Made by a program: the position numbers and the translations under genes
The notes under the pieces: generated by a model
What the model was told of the DNA's origin: nothing
Database searches by the model: none
Seen by the model: the letters and a program-made list of their open reading frames with translations, nothing else
Source: Candidatus Cloacimonadales bacterium
GTDB lineage: Bacteria > Cloacimonadota > Cloacimonadia > Cloacimonadales > JAFGVF01
Direction: 5' to 3'
Assembly: GCA_963662585.1 (NCBI GenBank)
Contig: OY759729.1
Location: 384,001-448,000, forward strand
DNA length: 64,000 nucleotides
In this document: positions 1 through 10,668 of the stretch, piece by piece
How the letters are laid out: every line of letters begins with the position of its first letter
Numbering within the stretch: position 1 is the first letter of the stretch

Positions 1-35
1 AAAAGCGTTTTGAGTATATAACCTGAATCCACTTT

Positions 36-150
36 GTGACAGCAATTTAGCCACATTTTGGACAGCTTTAATATTTAAAGTACTATATATTATTATATTA
101 GCGTGTTTTCAAAAGTGACAGCAATTTAGCCACTTTGAAAAAGCGTTTTG
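36..150 (+). repeat. Left-end putative transposase-binding sites
   Basis: GTGACAGCAATTTAGCCAC at 36-54 and 115-133; the second copy is followed by TTTGAAAAAGCGTTTT; reverse complement of the right-end repeats. Confidence 0.85.
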
Positions 151-253
151 AAAATAAAAAAAAAGAGCATCACCAAACTGATGTATGCTCATTTCCTTAC
201 GGATTGAATTGTAGTTTTAATTGTATCTTGATATGTTATTCCCATGTATATCA

Positions 254-271
254 GGCTCTCCTAGGAGAGCC
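254..271. terminator. Palindrome after the last late gene, probable terminator
   Basis: Perfect palindrome GGCTCTCCTAGGAGAGCC just past the stop of ORF 286-822. Confidence 0.5.
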
Positions 272-285
272 CTTTACATTATACC

Positions 286-822
286 TTACAGCTTCACTTT
301 TAATCTAAGATGAGCATAGTGATCGACAGTACAATCTACATCTAAAATAAGCCCCCCTGAAGGGATATATTCATCTGTTTTTAAAGTAATATTAGAAGTA
401 CTATCAGCAATAGCAAAAGACAATCCAGAGTATTGAGGAGGAAGAGATACACGATCACGAAGAACATTACTACTCCCTATTAATGATTGGTGGTAATCAA
501 TATACACATATAGATAGCCTGCTATTTCATGAAAATAAACTGCAGTAGCGTTATCACTCCATAAATCATGATGAACTGGTTGTCTATAAGAAATAGCGTG
601 GAGAACTGTCCCGGCAGGAATATGTTTATCATTCATTAAGAGAGGATAATTTTTTCTAGTGTTATAAATAGTCCATACTTTAGGGGAGTTAATTTCACGA
701 GAGGTTTGCTTTCCCATTGCATAATCTTCATTATACCCTAAAACCCAACCATAATCAAGAGAAGAATCTGCTTTTAATTTCATTTGGACAACTCTATCAG
801 TCCATTTATGAGGGTCAATCAT
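286..822 (-). CDS. C-terminal segment of the tail fibre/receptor-binding protein, in frame with 853-3624
   Basis: Ten sense codons separate the TGA at 853-855 from the ATG at 822, in the same frame. Confidence 0.7.
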   Translation of the reverse strand: MIDPHKWTDRVVQMKLKADSSLDYGWVLGYNEDYAMGKQTSREINSPKVWTIYNTRKNYPLLMNDKHIPAGTVLHAISYRQPVHHDLWSDNATAVYFHEIAGYLYVYIDYHQSLIGSSNVLRDRVSLPPQYSGLSFAIADSTSNITLKTDEYIPSGGLILDVDCTVDHYAHLRLKVKL

Positions 823-852
823 GTCTTCAGCTACTGGCTCCCAAGTTTGAAA

Positions 853-3624
853 TCAATCAAAAAAGTTTCTAATTCTACAATCAATAGAATTGTTGTCATT
901 AACCGCTGCTCTTGGAGCATAAGCCCTAACAGTTGAAGATGAAGCAAACGCTGAAGCCTGGATAAAACCACATATTGATATATGGGCTGCCATATTGAAC
1001 TCCATAGAATAATCGACTATCATAGACCCATAACCACCACATCTAAATGTGGTATTGTGCCTCGACTGTCTTGCAATGTTAATGTCTGCTTCTTCTTGAG
1101 TAATATTTGAAGTAAAAGTTCCTACATTATCAATAGCATACTGTCTCATTTTCCCTGGGTGAAAAATATCATATTCATTTATAATATCTACATGAGAGCA
1201 TCTATACAACTTGTTTTCCTCTGCTATAGTTTTCCCATCTATTAATATTTTAGTTTTAGGAGTGCTAACATGAGGGAATAAAGCTTGAGTACTCATGAAA
1301 TAGATACCAGTTGACACCCAACCTGTAAAAGTTCGAGATGAACCTCCAATTTCAGTGAGGGTTGTTCCCTCTATTGTTTGCTGAAGAAGCCATTCATCTG
1401 TAACAGAAGTGTCCTTTCCTGCAACAACTATATTGTCTGAATCAATGATGGATACAATAGCAAATTCTTTGGCAGTCGGAGTTGTTGAATCATTCCATAC
1501 TGTTCCTATATCTCCAAAATCAAAGCCATGATTTATCTTAGTTAACTTATAAACATAAGACAACCCATGATTACCACCTATATATCCTTGATTCATGTTC
1601 GTAGGATAGTCATCATCTCCAGAAGCTTTTATTGAGAATGCACCAGAATTAAGGTTTTCCCACTTCACAGATGAAGGAATAAGCATTTCTGACATAAATT
1701 TTGCACCCACAGTTCCATTAAGTCCCATTGTAATTACAGAATCATAATCTTTACTGAACTTTGATCTAACATATACCGAATTACCATTAGTATAAGCGAT
1801 AACAGGGTTTTTACTTTCTGCAAATAAATTATCACTAATATCATCTACTTCATTCTTAATAGAAGAAATATTAGCAGGAAACTGTTTCTTACCATCTTCG
1901 TCTGGATAAACTACCGAATACTCTATTTCATTCTCAAGGCTAAAGTTCAACCCAACTCTGTCAATCTTACCGACAGATAACGAAGCAAGAGAAGAAGCAT
2001 TAATTATTTCATAAAAAAGAAAAGAGGATAATTCAAAACTTTCATCCCAAACAATATCGTGCCAAGTTATGGCAATATACGAGAAACCATCGCGTTTAGC
2101 AATACATTTTATTTTTGTTGATCCTGAGAAAGTACTATCTTTCGAGAATGTTCCAATAGTTGTTTTCCCTACTTCAAGTGTAGAATCATACAAATTCACA
2201 TAAAGAGCCGAAAGTACTTCTACACTATATATCCAATAAAGGAAACTACCCTCACCATTAGATATATCAGAATCTCTTACCCAAAAACCGTAAGAAATAA
2301 TAGAAGGTTTATTATCATTATCAATATTAATAGTGGTAGATTTAGTATTTTGAGCGTTAGTTCTAGCAGATGTAATTCTTCTCATATATTCATATTCATC
2401 TGGATATATTGGAGTATCGTTTAAAACTGCAGATTCGTTGAAAATTGCACCAGTTATTGGATAATCGTCACGATATGGGAATAATGAAGGAGTAAGGGTG
2501 CCTTCTCCTTTATTAAGATTATTTGGAGCAAGAATAAATAAACCACCAAGAACATTATCTATAAATTCTTCTCCAAGAGTCTCATCTTTGGTATATACTT
2601 CAGATTTGTTATATACTTCAGATTTGTTATATACTTCAGATTTAGTGTACATATCTACAGGGGTTAATCCAAATTCAACGAAAGTTGTTTTAGACCCAAG
2701 TTCAAGCATTATTCTATTTCTAAAGTCATCCATATCCGTGAAATAAGATGTACCAGTATCTTCTCCTGGGTCAGAAACAAAAGTATGAATATACTTTGCT
2801 CCAACAGGCACCGTAAATATTGCTGTTTTATTTATATCAGTAAGAATTAAGTCACCGTCACCCCATGGTATAATAGATGACCCATCATGTGCAACAAAAT
2901 AAGAAGAGCCATAAAATTTAAGTGCATTGTTAGTATCTCCTTCACTCTTAGGATTAATCCATAAAGCATAAGTTACTCCTTCGGTAACAGGGATATTCCC
3001 AGTAGTCCTACCACTTAGCCCTGTAAGCAATGCAAGGCTAGAAGTATTATAATACTTGTTATATAGCTCATCATGATCATTAGGGTTATATAGATTTGAA
3101 GATGCTTTAAACAACCCCATAAGCAACTCCACATCCTCACTATTAGCCCCTCCATTCTCCTGAATATAAGTAAGCAGCTCTGTAGCCAACTTCGCCTGGG
3201 TAACACTACCATCAGCAATCTTAGCAGTATCAACACTTCCATCATCTTCAAGTGCTCTCAAAGCAGCCTGGACAGTCCTAACTGTAGCTCCATCATTATA
3301 ATCAATCTTATCAGAGCCATGTTTATCTGCAGTACCCGCAATATGAGCTTTTAGGTCAGCAAGTGATTTAGGCATATTATCAGTACTACTACCTAAAATC
3401 TTCAATAAGAGGGCCTCAAAATCGCCTGAAGAGAGGCTATTTGCTAAAGCTGATATAATTGCTGCAGTTGTATGCCCATGGTCAGATGGTGCCTTTCCTG
3501 CCAAACCATCTGCGTTTTCTTTAAGTTTGTTGTCTATTGTGTCAAAGTTCTGATTAACTGCATCACCCCACCCGCTACTTTGATTTACAGGTTTTTCAAG
3601 GTTGTAGTTCGCTGTTTTTGCCAT
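853..3624 (-). CDS. Tail fibre / receptor-binding protein
   Basis: Last large gene of the tail module; N-terminal NYNLEKP...NQNFDTIDNKLK motif, KIADGSVTQAKLA motif and YxKSEV repeats as seen in tail fibres. Confidence 0.75.
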   Translation of the reverse strand: MAKTANYNLEKPVNQSSGWGDAVNQNFDTIDNKLKENADGLAGKAPSDHGHTTAAIISALANSLSSGDFEALLLKILGSSTDNMPKSLADLKAHIAGTADKHGSDKIDYNDGATVRTVQAALRALEDDGSVDTAKIADGSVTQAKLATELLTYIQENGGANSEDVELLMGLFKASSNLYNPNDHDELYNKYYNTSSLALLTGLSGRTTGNIPVTEGVTYALWINPKSEGDTNNALKFYGSSYFVAHDGSSIIPWGDGDLILTDINKTAIFTVPVGAKYIHTFVSDPGEDTGTSYFTDMDDFRNRIMLELGSKTTFVEFGLTPVDMYTKSEVYNKSEVYNKSEVYTKDETLGEEFIDNVLGGLFILAPNNLNKGEGTLTPSLFPYRDDYPITGAIFNESAVLNDTPIYPDEYEYMRRITSARTNAQNTKSTTINIDNDNKPSIISYGFWVRDSDISNGEGSFLYWIYSVEVLSALYVNLYDSTLEVGKTTIGTFSKDSTFSGSTKIKCIAKRDGFSYIAITWHDIVWDESFELSSFLFYEIINASSLASLSVGKIDRVGLNFSLENEIEYSVVYPDEDGKKQFPANISSIKNEVDDISDNLFAESKNPVIAYTNGNSVYVRSKFSKDYDSVITMGLNGTVGAKFMSEMLIPSSVKWENLNSGAFSIKASGDDDYPTNMNQGYIGGNHGLSYVYKLTKINHGFDFGDIGTVWNDSTTPTAKEFAIVSIIDSDNIVVAGKDTSVTDEWLLQQTIEGTTLTEIGGSSRTFTGWVSTGIYFMSTQALFPHVSTPKTKILIDGKTIAEENKLYRCSHVDIINEYDIFHPGKMRQYAIDNVGTFTSNITQEEADINIARQSRHNTTFRCGGYGSMIVDYSMEFNMAAHISICGFIQASAFASSSTVRAYAPRAAVNDNNSIDCRIRNFFD

Positions 3625-3644
3625 TTTAATCTCCTTTATGCTTT

Positions 3645-4241
3645 TTAAATTATTACTTCAGGTAGTTCACATATGCCATTCCAGTAATCACCCCATGGGA
3701 TATTACCATAACCATAATATTCTAATCCTTTAATAATGAAATATCGATTTTTAGTTGCCCCGGAATATCCAGTGCTAATAGTAGAAGTAAAGAGTCCGTC
3801 AATCTCAGTTTCTCTTTCATAAATCCAACTCATCCCGTTAAATACAAGAACATTAGTATAATCATTAGAGAGCAAAACAATGGTCTTAATGTCTTTATTA
3901 AGTTCAGATTCCAACCAATCTTTTCTCTCCTGGGTAAGTCCGACCAAGTACAACTCAATGGTATTTGTTCTCTTACCTTCAACCATATAACTATTAGTCT
4001 TCAATTTAACAACTTTAGAACTCTCTTTACCAGGCTTTTCGGCTAAGTCAGAGACTACATCAAAAGAAGCTTCTAAAAATGCTATAAACTGAGATATTCC
4101 TACTAAAGAAGCTTCTGGTATGTCTTCTTGAGAAGCAAAAGCCCCATTTCCTAACCAACACATCCCGTGCTGAAACATTGCTATTTGTTTGTTAAATTCA
4201 GTGGATTTAATGCCCATCGTAGGCTTTGTTGGTATTCCCAT
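3645..4241 (-). CDS. Tail protein, paralog of 10870-11406
   Basis: Collinear with 10870-11406, e.g. EGKRTNTIELYLVGLTQERKDWLE is identical. Confidence 0.7.
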   Translation of the reverse strand: MGIPTKPTMGIKSTEFNKQIAMFQHGMCWLGNGAFASQEDIPEASLVGISQFIAFLEASFDVVSDLAEKPGKESSKVVKLKTNSYMVEGKRTNTIELYLVGLTQERKDWLESELNKDIKTIVLLSNDYTNVLVFNGMSWIYERETEIDGLFTSTISTGYSGATKNRYFIIKGLEYYGYGNIPWGDYWNGICELPEVII

Positions 4242-4250
4242 AACTACCCC

Positions 4251-4730
4251 CTATTGTTGTTCTTCTGGCTCAGTAGGAATACCACCCCATACTTCACCCC
4301 AAGAGAGATCCCAAGCCTGAAATTCCCCGAAGTCTAATACCTCTAATGTTTTATACTTAGAATTTAACTTTAGTTGATAACTATAGTTCCAAAATCTTCC
4401 GTCATTCGGTTCTTGAGGAAGCTTACTAATAGCAGTAACCAGATATTGTCTAAGTTCATCATTAGTATAATATTCTATATATAGACTTTGCCTATTCTCT
4501 ATAAAACTTATTAATTCTTTAAGTTCTCCAGGACTAGCCACAAAATCAATAGTAAATTCATCATCCCAATATGGGTTTCTCTGAATAACTACTGTAGGGT
4601 CAAAAACATTAACTTTATTAATGAGATATTTCTTATTAGGCACCCTCAATATATCGCTTGCCAACAAGTCTAAAAAAGCAATTTCATCTGTCCTTATATC
4701 TATCAATTTAAGACCATATTCATTAATCAT
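4251..4730 (-). CDS. Putative distal tail protein
   Basis: Position downstream of the tape measure gene; overlaps the upstream gene. Confidence 0.5.
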   Translation of the reverse strand: MINEYGLKLIDIRTDEIAFLDLLASDILRVPNKKYLINKVNVFDPTVVIQRNPYWDDEFTIDFVASPGELKELISFIENRQSLYIEYYTNDELRQYLVTAISKLPQEPNDGRFWNYSYQLKLNSKYKTLEVLDFGEFQAWDLSWGEVWGGIPTEPEEQQ

Positions 4731-6108
4731 TGACCCTCCATGCTACTATTTCGTATTCATCTTTTACATAGTTCTTTTTAAGCTCTGTGATAAACAAATT
4801 CTCCCCGTTAATACTAAGTTTATCAAATAAGGATAAGCTATTAGCAGAAAGATCATCAATTATGATTTTATATTTAAAAACATCATTAATAAAATCAGTG
4901 TAATATTCGGTTAAAAGAGACACTAACACACCTGGAGAGTTATAAAGAGCATCTAAACAATTAAAATCTGGTAAAACCTGATTGAAGTTTCTAAGCAACT
5001 CACAACTTATAGTTTTACTGGTCAAATCTCCATGATCAACTGTACCCCAGTTATTTTTCACTATCCTTATATACCCATCACTAGTTCTTTGAACTATAGT
5101 TAGGTTATGGATTAACATAAAGCACTTTAAAGCGGTAAGATAAGTTCTTTCGTCAGATTTAAGGATAAGCTTTATAGGAAAAACTCTACCAGTTATAGTG
5201 ATAGTTCTGTTGTTTACTGCTACATTATAAGTAGTACCATATATTTCCAAAAATGAGTATTCTGTCCTACCAATCCATGAGATTGATGTATAGTGTTCAG
5301 GATAATCTGCCTTAGCACCTGCAATAGCAGCTTGAGCATTAGCAAGAGAGCTGTAGTCTCCTATAGAAGTGCTTTCTATTGCCATATCTATACAAACCTG
5401 ATTACTTATATCAGCAATAAATCTTTGCATCGAAAGATGATATACACCACTTGTTTCAGTGATATTCCAATCGATTCTTCTAAATCTAATAATATAAGCA
5501 TCAGAATGAAATGGAATGGTATAGCTATCAAAACCAATCTCAGTAGTTCTATCAAGTACTGCAGTTTCGTAAAAGGATTCAATTTCATAAATTGGAAAGT
5601 CTGTTTTTAAAGTATTATTATAAATAATATCTTTATCCAAGAATGAAGGAGACCTGTCATAATCATTAGCAATTTTGCTACTTATACCGCTCATTATAAG
5701 ATCTAGTGTTCTTGAAGCATCCCAATAGCTTGAATTTTCTTCAGACTTCAACAAATAAGAGTAAGAATAGGCCTTAAGTTTAAGTGTCTCATCAGGAAAA
5801 GCATAATTAATAGAACCTAATGCAATTACGCCCCTAAAATCTAACACCCCATTTTTAAAAACTTTAATATCATAAGACCCAACACCACTTCTAATTGAAG
5901 AGCCTTCAACAATATTAACTTTTAACCAATCATCTAGTAGTATTTCTACATCAATCCTATCAGGTTCTTGTGCGAAACTATTCTCTATAGCTGCTTTCTG
6001 TGAAGAAGGAGTAACACTTAACAAGCCTGAAGAAAGGTCATAATCTACTGGATCAGGTACTGTACCATAAGGACCATAAATAACGAAACTAACCTTATAA
6101 TCTACCAT
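4723..6108 (-). CDS. Putative tail tip/hub protein
   Basis: 461 aa ORF immediately after the tape measure gene. Confidence 0.55.
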   Translation of the reverse strand: MVDYKVSFVIYGPYGTVPDPVDYDLSSGLLSVTPSSQKAAIENSFAQEPDRIDVEILLDDWLKVNIVEGSSIRSGVGSYDIKVFKNGVLDFRGVIALGSINYAFPDETLKLKAYSYSYLLKSEENSSYWDASRTLDLIMSGISSKIANDYDRSPSFLDKDIIYNNTLKTDFPIYEIESFYETAVLDRTTEIGFDSYTIPFHSDAYIIRFRRIDWNITETSGVYHLSMQRFIADISNQVCIDMAIESTSIGDYSSLANAQAAIAGAKADYPEHYTSISWIGRTEYSFLEIYGTTYNVAVNNRTITITGRVFPIKLILKSDERTYLTALKCFMLIHNLTIVQRTSDGYIRIVKNNWGTVDHGDLTSKTISCELLRNFNQVLPDFNCLDALYNSPGVLVSLLTEYYTDFINDVFKYKIIIDDLSANSLSLFDKLSINGENLFITELKKNYVKDEYEIVAWRVND

Positions 6109-9083
6109 CTGCTCCTCACAATACTTCCTTCTTCATTCTTTTCATTAAACTTTGCACTATCAGCTTTATCAATCACTTCATTGGCAGAAATGTAGTTATT
6201 TACCTGAAGGCTCTTCTCCTTGAACTCTTGTCTCAGCATCTTTATTTCACTCAAAAGCTCTCCAAACTGCACACCTCCATTTACCTGACCTCCGCTTGCA
6301 TAAGCTATCTGGGGCACGGCAGGTATATTAAAAGAAGGCAATGATATACCGGCTAATACACTCCGAACAGCCTCAATTGGTGCACTATTCAAGAAATTAA
6401 AGAAGGGAACACCCAGTTCTCTAACTCTCTGCTTTCTGGTGATGAACTCATCCCCTTCAGCTTCTATCAAAATACCTCCACCACTATGAGAAGGTCCTTT
6501 TAATAAGCCTGACAATCCACCTTTTTCAGCTTTTGGAGGCTCATATTTTTGTTGAGATATATTCCTGACATTTACCATACCGGCTGTTATTGCTGCTGCT
6601 GCTGCTGCCATTGCCAATCCTGGTCCCACTACTGGGATAGTCGCCATTGCTTTGTAAGCTGCGTTAGCACTTGCAAAAGTATCTATTGTTGCCTGTACTA
6701 ATGATAAGGCCTTGCGAATCTTAAAACTCTTCTCAGATTCACCTGTAACAGCCTTTGTCAGGTTAGCAAATATACCCGATAATCCGCTTGCTACTTGCTG
6801 GTTAAGTGAAAGTTGCTTGTCTAATTCTTGCTCGGTTATTCTGCTTTTAGCTTCTTCTTTTGCTCCATGAATTTCCTCTTCAGTAACTCCGTTAGCAATT
6901 AATTGGTCATGATGAATTGTAAAATATTCATCAACAGCTTCCCTTTGTTTGTCAAAATTATCCTTTTCTGTTTGGAAGCTTCCCATAGTCCGCTCAACAT
7001 AGGCATCTTTAATAATTTGTTGATATTCTTTATATTTCTCTGAATCTTCAGCATATAAGTCTCCCAGTCTTTCTATTAGATTCTCATAACTTACCAGCTC
7101 CTTTTCAGCTGTATTGCGTGATAAAGATGCTATTTGTGATGCAATACTGCCTTTCTCTTGAATTAATCGCATATTAGATGCTTTTTCTATCTGCTCAAGT
7201 TCTGCTTTGATTCTTTCATACTCTTCAGGTTCTTCCTGATAGACACTCTTAACCTTTTCAAGATATTCCTCGAATCTACTCTTCATATCACTAACATCAA
7301 CAGCTCTAAGCACACTCAAGTTCGCATAATGTTGCACCATGGCATTTTTCTCTTGGTTCAAACTGTTAATTACCTTCTGCCTGTCTATTATCTCCTTAGG
7401 GCTTTTCTGCTCTGATTCTTCTTTGATTCTTTTAACTTCATTTTGAAAATTCTCTTCTAACTGTAATAAGACAGAATAAGCTTCTTTCTTGGCCTCCACA
7501 TCTGCTTCTGTCAATGTCTCAAGCGATTCATAGTGAGCTCTGGCTTTATCCAGGTCCTCTTTAAGTAAATCAATCTTTTCTATCGAATTACGCCTGTCTT
7601 CTTCTATTTTCCACCTGTTATATTCTTCTGTTAATCTTTCTTGCTCATCGATATTAACCTGGTAGTTTTTATTATAGTCTAACAACAGGTCTTTTCGTCT
7701 CTGAAGTGAATCTATCTCTGCTTGTGCTCGTTGTTGAAGAGCTTTACTCAACTCCATACTACTTTCCATCTGGGCACTTTTAAGCTCAATCCTTTGCTTT
7801 TCTAGGGCTTCATCTATCTTCGCTATCTCTGCTAAGTTCTTACCTATTTCAGAGCTTAAATCTTCTACAGAACTTTCTTGAGTAAGTTTCTTTTGCCTTT
7901 CCAATTCATCGTTGCTTTTCTTTGTTTTTTCTGCGAAGTCTGCCTGTTTATCTCCTGCTGTAGCTACACTTAACCCATAAATACTCAATCCGACTGCCGC
8001 TGCAGATGCCAATAATACCCAATTACCGGTTAAAGCAGCACTTATTGCTTGAGCTGCGTTTAAAGCTGCCTGTTTCATCGTCAAAAATGCTATTACGACT
8101 GCTAATGATCCTAATACCGGAATCAATACCTTGATTAGACCGGGAGACTCATTTAGGAAATTTACAACTTTTGAAAATGCCTTTATTAATGGAGTTAAAG
8201 CTTGATTTATCATATCTCCTATCTTCTCTCGTAAATCTCCGACCAGGTTCTGATACTGCTCTAAAGCTCCCGCTCCTGTTTCTGTCTCTGCCTTAGATAA
8301 CTCAAATCCTTCTGCCATTGCTTTTTGTAATACTGCCATCTTCTCGCTTTCAGAATTAGCATTTTTTAAAGCAGGAATGTATCTTTGCAACTGGGTAAAC
8401 TCTCCTTCATAAGCAAGAGCGATTCCCTTCATGGCAGTCTCTCTGCTAAGCCCGGCTGAAGCAAATGCAGTAGCCAATCCTATCGAACCATGTAAGGCTT
8501 CTTTCATCTTATCAGTTGTTATCCCCATATTGGTTGCCATTGACAGAAGTTGCATACTCTCTTCATCACCTACAGTGGTTAGCTTTTGGGTCTCTCCGGC
8601 TAACTTCATCACCATATCTATATTATTTCCTGTAGCAATGCCTTTAACTTTCATTGAGTTTATCAATGACTGCTCTGCTTTCTCCTGAATATGAGATGCA
8701 CTGATATAACCACCTAATGCAGATTTTACTTTACCATACAGCATTGATAATCCGCCTAATGCTAAAGTTATCTGGCTCATAGTCTGAATAAGTGGCTGAT
8801 CATCTCCTACAAATTTAGTCTTTTTTTCTTCAGGTACTTCTGCAATAGCGCCCTTAGCATCTTCGGCTGAATTTATAGCTCCAGACGAGTCTCCACCTAC
8901 TGTAACTATCTTCCCATCAAGCTCATTTATAGAACCCTCAGCTTCGCTTATATCTACATCAAACTTAACCTTGCTTCCCAATGATTTTTGAACACCATCT
9001 ATATTTTTTTGAATATTGGCAATCATCTGTTGAGCTTTCTCTATATCAATGGATAAACTAAACTGTAATTTTTTATTTGACAT
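6102..9083 (-). CDS. Tail tape measure protein
   Basis: 993 aa, Ala-rich and coiled-coil with hydrophobic stretches; C-terminal GPSHSGGGILIEAEGDEF motif; follows the tail chaperone gene. Confidence 0.88.
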   Translation of the reverse strand: MSNKKLQFSLSIDIEKAQQMIANIQKNIDGVQKSLGSKVKFDVDISEAEGSINELDGKIVTVGGDSSGAINSAEDAKGAIAEVPEEKKTKFVGDDQPLIQTMSQITLALGGLSMLYGKVKSALGGYISASHIQEKAEQSLINSMKVKGIATGNNIDMVMKLAGETQKLTTVGDEESMQLLSMATNMGITTDKMKEALHGSIGLATAFASAGLSRETAMKGIALAYEGEFTQLQRYIPALKNANSESEKMAVLQKAMAEGFELSKAETETGAGALEQYQNLVGDLREKIGDMINQALTPLIKAFSKVVNFLNESPGLIKVLIPVLGSLAVVIAFLTMKQAALNAAQAISAALTGNWVLLASAAAVGLSIYGLSVATAGDKQADFAEKTKKSNDELERQKKLTQESSVEDLSSEIGKNLAEIAKIDEALEKQRIELKSAQMESSMELSKALQQRAQAEIDSLQRRKDLLLDYNKNYQVNIDEQERLTEEYNRWKIEEDRRNSIEKIDLLKEDLDKARAHYESLETLTEADVEAKKEAYSVLLQLEENFQNEVKRIKEESEQKSPKEIIDRQKVINSLNQEKNAMVQHYANLSVLRAVDVSDMKSRFEEYLEKVKSVYQEEPEEYERIKAELEQIEKASNMRLIQEKGSIASQIASLSRNTAEKELVSYENLIERLGDLYAEDSEKYKEYQQIIKDAYVERTMGSFQTEKDNFDKQREAVDEYFTIHHDQLIANGVTEEEIHGAKEEAKSRITEQELDKQLSLNQQVASGLSGIFANLTKAVTGESEKSFKIRKALSLVQATIDTFASANAAYKAMATIPVVGPGLAMAAAAAAITAGMVNVRNISQQKYEPPKAEKGGLSGLLKGPSHSGGGILIEAEGDEFITRKQRVRELGVPFFNFLNSAPIEAVRSVLAGISLPSFNIPAVPQIAYASGGQVNGGVQFGELLSEIKMLRQEFKEKSLQVNNYISANEVIDKADSAKFNEKNEEGSIVRSRW

Positions 9084-9124
9084 CTGCTGCCTTCTTATTA
9101 TCTTGTACTTAAGAGGTGATTATT

Positions 9125-9328
9125 ATGACTTTTAATGAAATTATTTCGGCTCTCTTGCCTTTTATTGCTCTTATTCTTATTGTTTTTATCTCTGCTAAAT
9201 GGGGGAAACCAATTACCTGGCTTCAAGATTTGGGAAGATATCCTCAATCTAAAAAGAAAGCTGAGAATATAACTAAAACAAAGACCTATCATATCAACAT
9301 AACTCTTGATGAATCTAATAAAAACTAA
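9125..9328 (+). CDS. Small single-TM protein on the antisense strand (moron-like)
   Basis: AGAGGTG RBS before ATG 9125; hydrophobic N-terminal helix; fills the gap between the chaperone extension and the tape measure gene. Confidence 0.6.
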   Translation: MTFNEIISALLPFIALILIVFISAKWGKPITWLQDLGRYPQSKKKAENITKTKTYHINITLDESNKN

Positions 9329-9332
9329 CTTT

Positions 9333-9754
9333 CTACTTGCTTTCATCTCTATATTTCCCCAATAGATAAACTGCCTCATCAAGCTCAATCTCATCATCCC
9401 ATAGCCCCAATCGCTTAAGAACATAAGTGTAGTCTAAGAAGACATTCCCGGTGCTTTTGTTACCATTCCCAGTCGCTTTATTGCTGATTTTGGCAAGAAC
9501 TTGACTATACCTGTAAAAAAATCTGATACAAGTCTTTGCACCTCCTCAGGCTCCATTTCGCCAAAATCAACATCGTTGTTTCTGGTAATTGTTTGTAAAA
9601 ATTCAATAGCTTTTCCACCTGTTAGCAAATCATTTAACAATTCATCTAAGTTCTTATTGGCTTTAGCTTCTCCATCAAAAACACCATTAAAACCTATTTC
9701 ATCCAACAATCGCTTTACCTTAACTAATGTGTTTATATTTGTGTAAACCTTCAT
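9333..9754 (-). CDS. Tail assembly chaperone: G form 9434-9754, with a -1 frameshift GT form ending at 9333
   Basis: GAT TTT TTT slippery run (7 T; 9515-9521); the -1 frame is open for 60 codons to TAG at 9333-9335; lies upstream of the tape measure gene. Confidence 0.78.
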
Positions 9755-10167
9755 ATCTTACCTTCCTCCATTATTTTTGCTAACTCAGTAGCTCTATAAC
9801 CTACCTGCTTCGCCCACTTACTGTTAAGCATCTCTTTAGCTGCTTCAGAGTAGATCCCTTTATTTATATACATTCTCATCATCTTAAAACCATGAAATCC
9901 ATTTATTCCAAGATTAAAGGCCATATTGATACATACGACCTTACGAGCAGGAGCTAATCCCTCAAACCAATCATAGCGTGCTGTTAATAACTCTCTGTAG
10001 CTATTAACATCATGCTTTAACATCTGCAGTGCTTCCCTTTCAGAAATACCAACATCTTCTAGGTTTCTGCCGTAGCCTATTGTAAGTTTACCAGCTGTAC
10101 ATTTATAGGGTTTTAATCTTAACCCTTCGTGTTTTTTTAGCATTTCAACAGTCATTTTATTAATCAT
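9751..10167 (-). CDS. Phage lysozyme (GH24-type endolysin)
   Basis: HEGLRLKPYKCTAGKLTIGYGRNL and NMAFNLG motifs. Confidence 0.92.
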   Translation of the reverse strand: MINKMTVEMLKKHEGLRLKPYKCTAGKLTIGYGRNLEDVGISEREALQMLKHDVNSYRELLTARYDWFEGLAPARKVVCINMAFNLGINGFHGFKMMRMYINKGIYSEAAKEMLNSKWAKQVGYRATELAKIMEEGKI

Positions 10168-10245
10168 TAAAACTCCCTTTTTCTCTTTTTATAGATCAAC
10201 TTTACCCAAATATCCCCCTCCAAGAGGGGGATATAGGGTTTATTA

Positions 10246-10668
10246 CTAAAACAACTTCTTAGCAAATCCTCTTGCTAATCCAGAAATAGCAGAAGTAGTT
10301 AAACCTGTAGCCACTTCCCGAATCCAGCTTGAGCCGTCCTTCTCACCAGACTCCCTAGCTGGATTTGTGATAGTATCATATATTTTTTGAACTGGGTCGT
10401 TCGTAGCTAATCGCCTACTTAGTTTTGCCATTTCAGCCTGAGACAGTCGGGCAGTTACCTCCTGGCGTGCAGCCATAGCAGGATTAGTTGCTTTAGCATT
10501 GCCAAAGATAGCTTCAATGATAGTTGTAACAGTAGGAAGCAAAAAGTCAAAATCTAACTTTCTTTTCTTAATAAGCCAAAAAGCTCCCATAATCAAAAGT
10601 GTAACAAATACACTAATTGCAGATACAACTGCCGGGTTATTCAATAGTTCACTCAATTTAACCTCCAA
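10246..10668 (-). CDS. Membrane protein, putative holin or lysis accessory
   Basis: N-terminal TM helix; adjacent to the endolysin. Confidence 0.5.
   Translation of the reverse strand: MEVKLSELLNNPAVVSAISVFVTLLIMGAFWLIKKRKLDFDFLLPTVTTIIEAIFGNAKATNPAMAARQEVTARLSQAEMAKLSRRLATNDPVQKIYDTITNPARESGEKDGSSWIREVATGLTTSAISGLARGFAKKLF

Noticed and set aside
853..855. Phage-wide TGA recoding
   Set aside because: TGA is used as a normal stop in ATGA overlaps (e.g. 9751, 18858, 20754) and no other long gene is broken by it
286..3624. Diversity-generating retroelement or Gin-type invertible fibre cassette
   Set aside because: No reverse transcriptase, no template/variable repeat pair and no inverted alternative fibre end seen in the window
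9098..9424. 108-aa minus-strand ORF
   Set aside because: It overlaps the better supported GT frame and the antisense membrane gene, and has no clear RBS
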